IMG/VR virus record: IMGVR_UViG_3300034349_000002
Span: 1 to 41,170 of that record
From: a virus
Lineage: Duplodnaviria > Caudoviricetes
Direction: 5' to 3' (one strand)
DNA: 41,170 nt
Under the pieces are notes generated by a model. It had not been told where the DNA came from, did no database searches, and saw only the letters and a program-made list of their open reading frames with translations. Below are positions 39,378 through 41,170 of the stretch, piece by piece (position 1 is the stretch's first letter; every line of letters begins with the position of its first letter). A program made the position numbers and the translations under genes.

Positions 39378-39902
39378 TTACTTACTGTCTCGCTGGTGAT
39401 ACAGCACAGGGTAAGGACCCTCGGCGTGTACCTTGATGTCCTTGAAGGTGCCCAGCGTGGTCATGCTACCGAGACCAGGGAGCTTGCCGAGGCGCTCATT
39501 GAGTTCCGCCAAGCCCATGTGAGCCAGCAGGCCAACCGTGCAGTGAGACCCGAGGAGGATGCGCAGACCCTCAGCTTCCTTAAGGGAGAGCTTCAAGGCC
39601 GCTGCATGATCCTCACGGGTCTCCTTGACGCACTGGCCACACAGGACGATCCAGTCTTTAAGGTCCTTCAGGGAACCTTTGTGGGTGATCCCGGTCATAG
39701 CTTCGTATGCCCAGAAGTTGCCGTGCCAGTCATTCCAGCGGCCTACGATATACAGGCCACTGATGTGCTCGACCTTGACGAAGTTGGCACCTGTGAGGCT
39801 CTCGCCGAATGTTGCGTGTTTCGCAATGTACACAAGCTCAGCTTCATCCTTTGGAGGTGCCAACAGCAGGAGGTCAGTTGCTTTAAGATCAGACAGTTTC
39901 AT
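39378..39902 (-). CDS. First early gene, hypothetical (start uncertain, 39902 or 39935)
   Basis: First long ORF after the host promoters and leader hairpin; not acidic like Ocr. Confidence 0.7.
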   Translation of the reverse strand: MKLSDLKATDLLLLAPPKDEAELVYIAKHATFGESLTGANFVKVEHISGLYIVGRWNDWHGNFWAYEAMTGITHKGSLKDLKDWIVLCGQCVKETREDHAAALKLSLKEAEGLRILLGSHCTVGLLAHMGLAELNERLGKLPGLGSMTTLGTFKDIKVHAEGPYPVLYHQRDSK

Positions 39903-39927
39903 GTGCTTACACTCTGTGTGGTTGAGT

Positions 39928-39969
39928 ATCAGCACAGCACTCTACTTGCATAATCAGAGTGCTGTACTA
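39928..39969 (-). promoter_or_regulatory. Long hairpin, probable RNase III site (R0.3-like)
   Basis: tagtacagcactct...agagtgctgtgctga stem just before the first gene. Confidence 0.65.
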
Positions 39970-40094
39970 AGGTCATCCGCTAAGGTGCCTTCAGGTCCAC
40001 CTACTGAGCCTTTCTGGTCGTTCAACAGGGAGCCTCAAGGCTGTGCTGAGGACCTACAGGGCTTTCCCGGTAGACCGTGTTCGTGTTGCCTAAG

Positions 40095-40107
40095 TTTTTA
40101 AAGAGCG
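40095..40107 (-). promoter_or_regulatory. boxA-like antitermination element
   Basis: CGCTCTTTAAAAA in the early leader. Confidence 0.65.
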
Positions 40108-40221
40108 GGATGTTTCCGTGTTGCTTGCTGGACTACAGCGTTACCAGCGTTCCCGTAGTAGGCATCGGGATTCTGCAAGGCTCATTACAGGCCGTCCTTA
40201 CGTGCTACCTTGTGGCTGGGC

Positions 40222-40250
40222 ATACTACTGCCCGTTCATCTTTATGTCAA
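40222..40250 (-). promoter_or_regulatory. Host sigma70 early promoter (A2-like)
   Basis: TTGACA-17 nt-TAGTAT. Confidence 0.8.
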
Positions 40251-40401
40251 GTGGCTAAAGCTTGCTGCCTTACGGTCTTATGCTTGCTCGTTAGGTCTCC
40301 CTATTGTGTCACCCGGTGGACCTGCACGACCCGAAGGCCACCACCTGCAAGATCGTTGGGAGACCTCGCCGTCAACTCCGTGTTGGCCGTTGATGGGACG
40401 A

Positions 40402-40430
40402 ACTATATCGAGACCCTAACGACCCGTCAA
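40402..40430 (-). promoter_or_regulatory. Host sigma70 early promoter (A1-like)
   Basis: TTGACG-17 nt-TATAGT with an AT-rich UP-like tract upstream. Confidence 0.85.
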
Positions 40431-40536
40431 CCCCTATTTGATGGAAATATGAAAATAATCATCATCAGTGTAATCCCTCTATATAGCGCCTGTAGACCGT
40501 CCCTATACGTAGGCCTGAAATAGCCCTACGGGCCCG

Positions 40537-40575
40537 CCCTGGTCTCTCCCTGGTCTCTCCCTGGTCTCTCCCTGG
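40537..40575. repeat. 11-bp tandem repeat ccctggtctct x3.5
   Basis: Read directly from the sequence. Confidence 0.92.
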
Positions 40576-40612
40576 GTCCATTAGGTGTCTCCCCTCCCTG
40601 GTGTCTTGATGG

Positions 40613-40715
40613 GTCCTTGATGGGTCCTCAATGAGTCCTTGATGGGTCCTCAATGAGTCCTTGATGGGTCCTCAATGAGTCCTTGATGGGTCCTCAATGA
40701 GTCCTTGATGGGTCC
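40613..40715. repeat. 22-bp tandem repeat (gtccttgatgg-gtcctcaatga) x4.5, left-end short-repeat region
   Basis: Four perfect copies at 40613-40700 plus a half copy; adjacent to the terminal repeat. Confidence 0.95.
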
Positions 40716-40716
40716 C

Positions 40717-40724
40717 TTACAGAT
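40717..40724 (-). terminator. Concatemer-junction (CJ)-like pause/class II termination site
   Basis: ATCTGTAA immediately after the inferred TR end (CTCTGTCCTA), resembling the T7 junction TGTGTCCCT-ATCTGTT. Confidence 0.6.
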
Positions 40725-40997
40725 TAGGACAGAGGTAGACGTAATAACATAACGTTACCCTCATGTCACCCTTATGGGCCTTGATGATCCCTCTATGTCT
40801 ACCACTCGTCATCTCAAGGGTTGACAGCCTACCCATTAGGGCCCATGATGATCCCCAAGGTAGGACATGATGATCCCTCAAGGGGACAGCCTACCGGTAT
40901 CCCTCACAGTTGGCCTTGACGTACCCTTAGGGGACCGAAGGTCCTACCAAGCCTTGAGGAGGGCCTACGGGGGTATTGGGCCTCGGTGTTACTGAGA
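40725..40997 (-). repeat. Inferred biological direct terminal repeat (~270 bp, collapsed to one copy)
   Basis: Starts TCTCA like the T7 TR, ends just before the CJ motif, non-coding and hairpin-rich, flanked by short-repeat regions; boundaries approximate. Confidence 0.65.
40821..40849 (+). promoter_or_regulatory. Outward-facing sigma70-like promoter (A0-like)
   Basis: TTGACA-17 nt-CATGAT, opposite to the direction of the genes. Confidence 0.5.
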
Positions 40998-41125
40998 GGT
41001 GACCCTTTAAACTTTTGTGTCATAAAAAGCTCTTTAAGGTCTCCATTAGTACACATCCAGACCCTTGATGTCAAGCACTACCTTAAGGTCCACTTGAAGA
41101 CCCTTAAGGAGTTCCTTGTAGTAAA

Positions 41126-41170
41126 GCCCATTACGGGATGCTTGACAGCATACCCTCCATGGGCTTTACT
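41126..41170. other. Fold-back tip: exact reverse complement of 116-160
   Basis: gcccattacgggatgcttgacagcataccctccatgggctttact = reverse complement of 116-160. Confidence 0.92.

Noticed and set aside
40293-40366. tRNA gene in the 74-nt structured leader element
   Set aside because: No TTCRA T-loop, D-arm or 3' CCA recognisable
40465-40653. 62-aa ORF in the left-end repeats
   Set aside because: It merely translates the tandem repeats and lies upstream of the early promoters
40613-40715. Possible CRISPR-like or mini-array
   Set aside because: Units are contiguous with no unique spacers and there are no cas genes; this is a simple tandem repeat

Overview
The window is an essentially complete T7-like podophage genome (Autographiviridae, Studiervirinae-type gene order), read entirely on the minus strand. 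A Pseudomonas host is my inference from gene content and promoter type. In genome orientation it runs: terminal repeat (~40997->40725), short-repeat region, two sigma70 promoters, about 11 early genes (no recognisable ocr or protein kinase, but a 2OG-Fe(II) oxygenase and a small lipoprotein), single-subunit RNA polymerase, ligase, dNMP kinase, gp2, SSB, endonuclease I, amidase, a stand-alone nucleotidyltransferase, primase-helicase, DNA polymerase, a PD-(D/E)XK nuclease, exonuclease, then the virion, lysis and terminase genes. Ten phage promoters share the consensus TAAAAACCCTCACCTAYACCGAGA. The contig is circularly permuted with a 127-bp end overlap, and it ends in a fold-back that matches the geometry of a T7-type M-hairpin packaging intermediate. 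Other notable points are a phage promoter with an AT-rich tract upstream of the RNAP gene, a -1 frameshift adding an Ig-like domain to the capsid, two frameshifts at simple-sequence tracts, and an early gene bounded by 35-bp direct repeats. All calls come from reading the sequence; no database searches were run.
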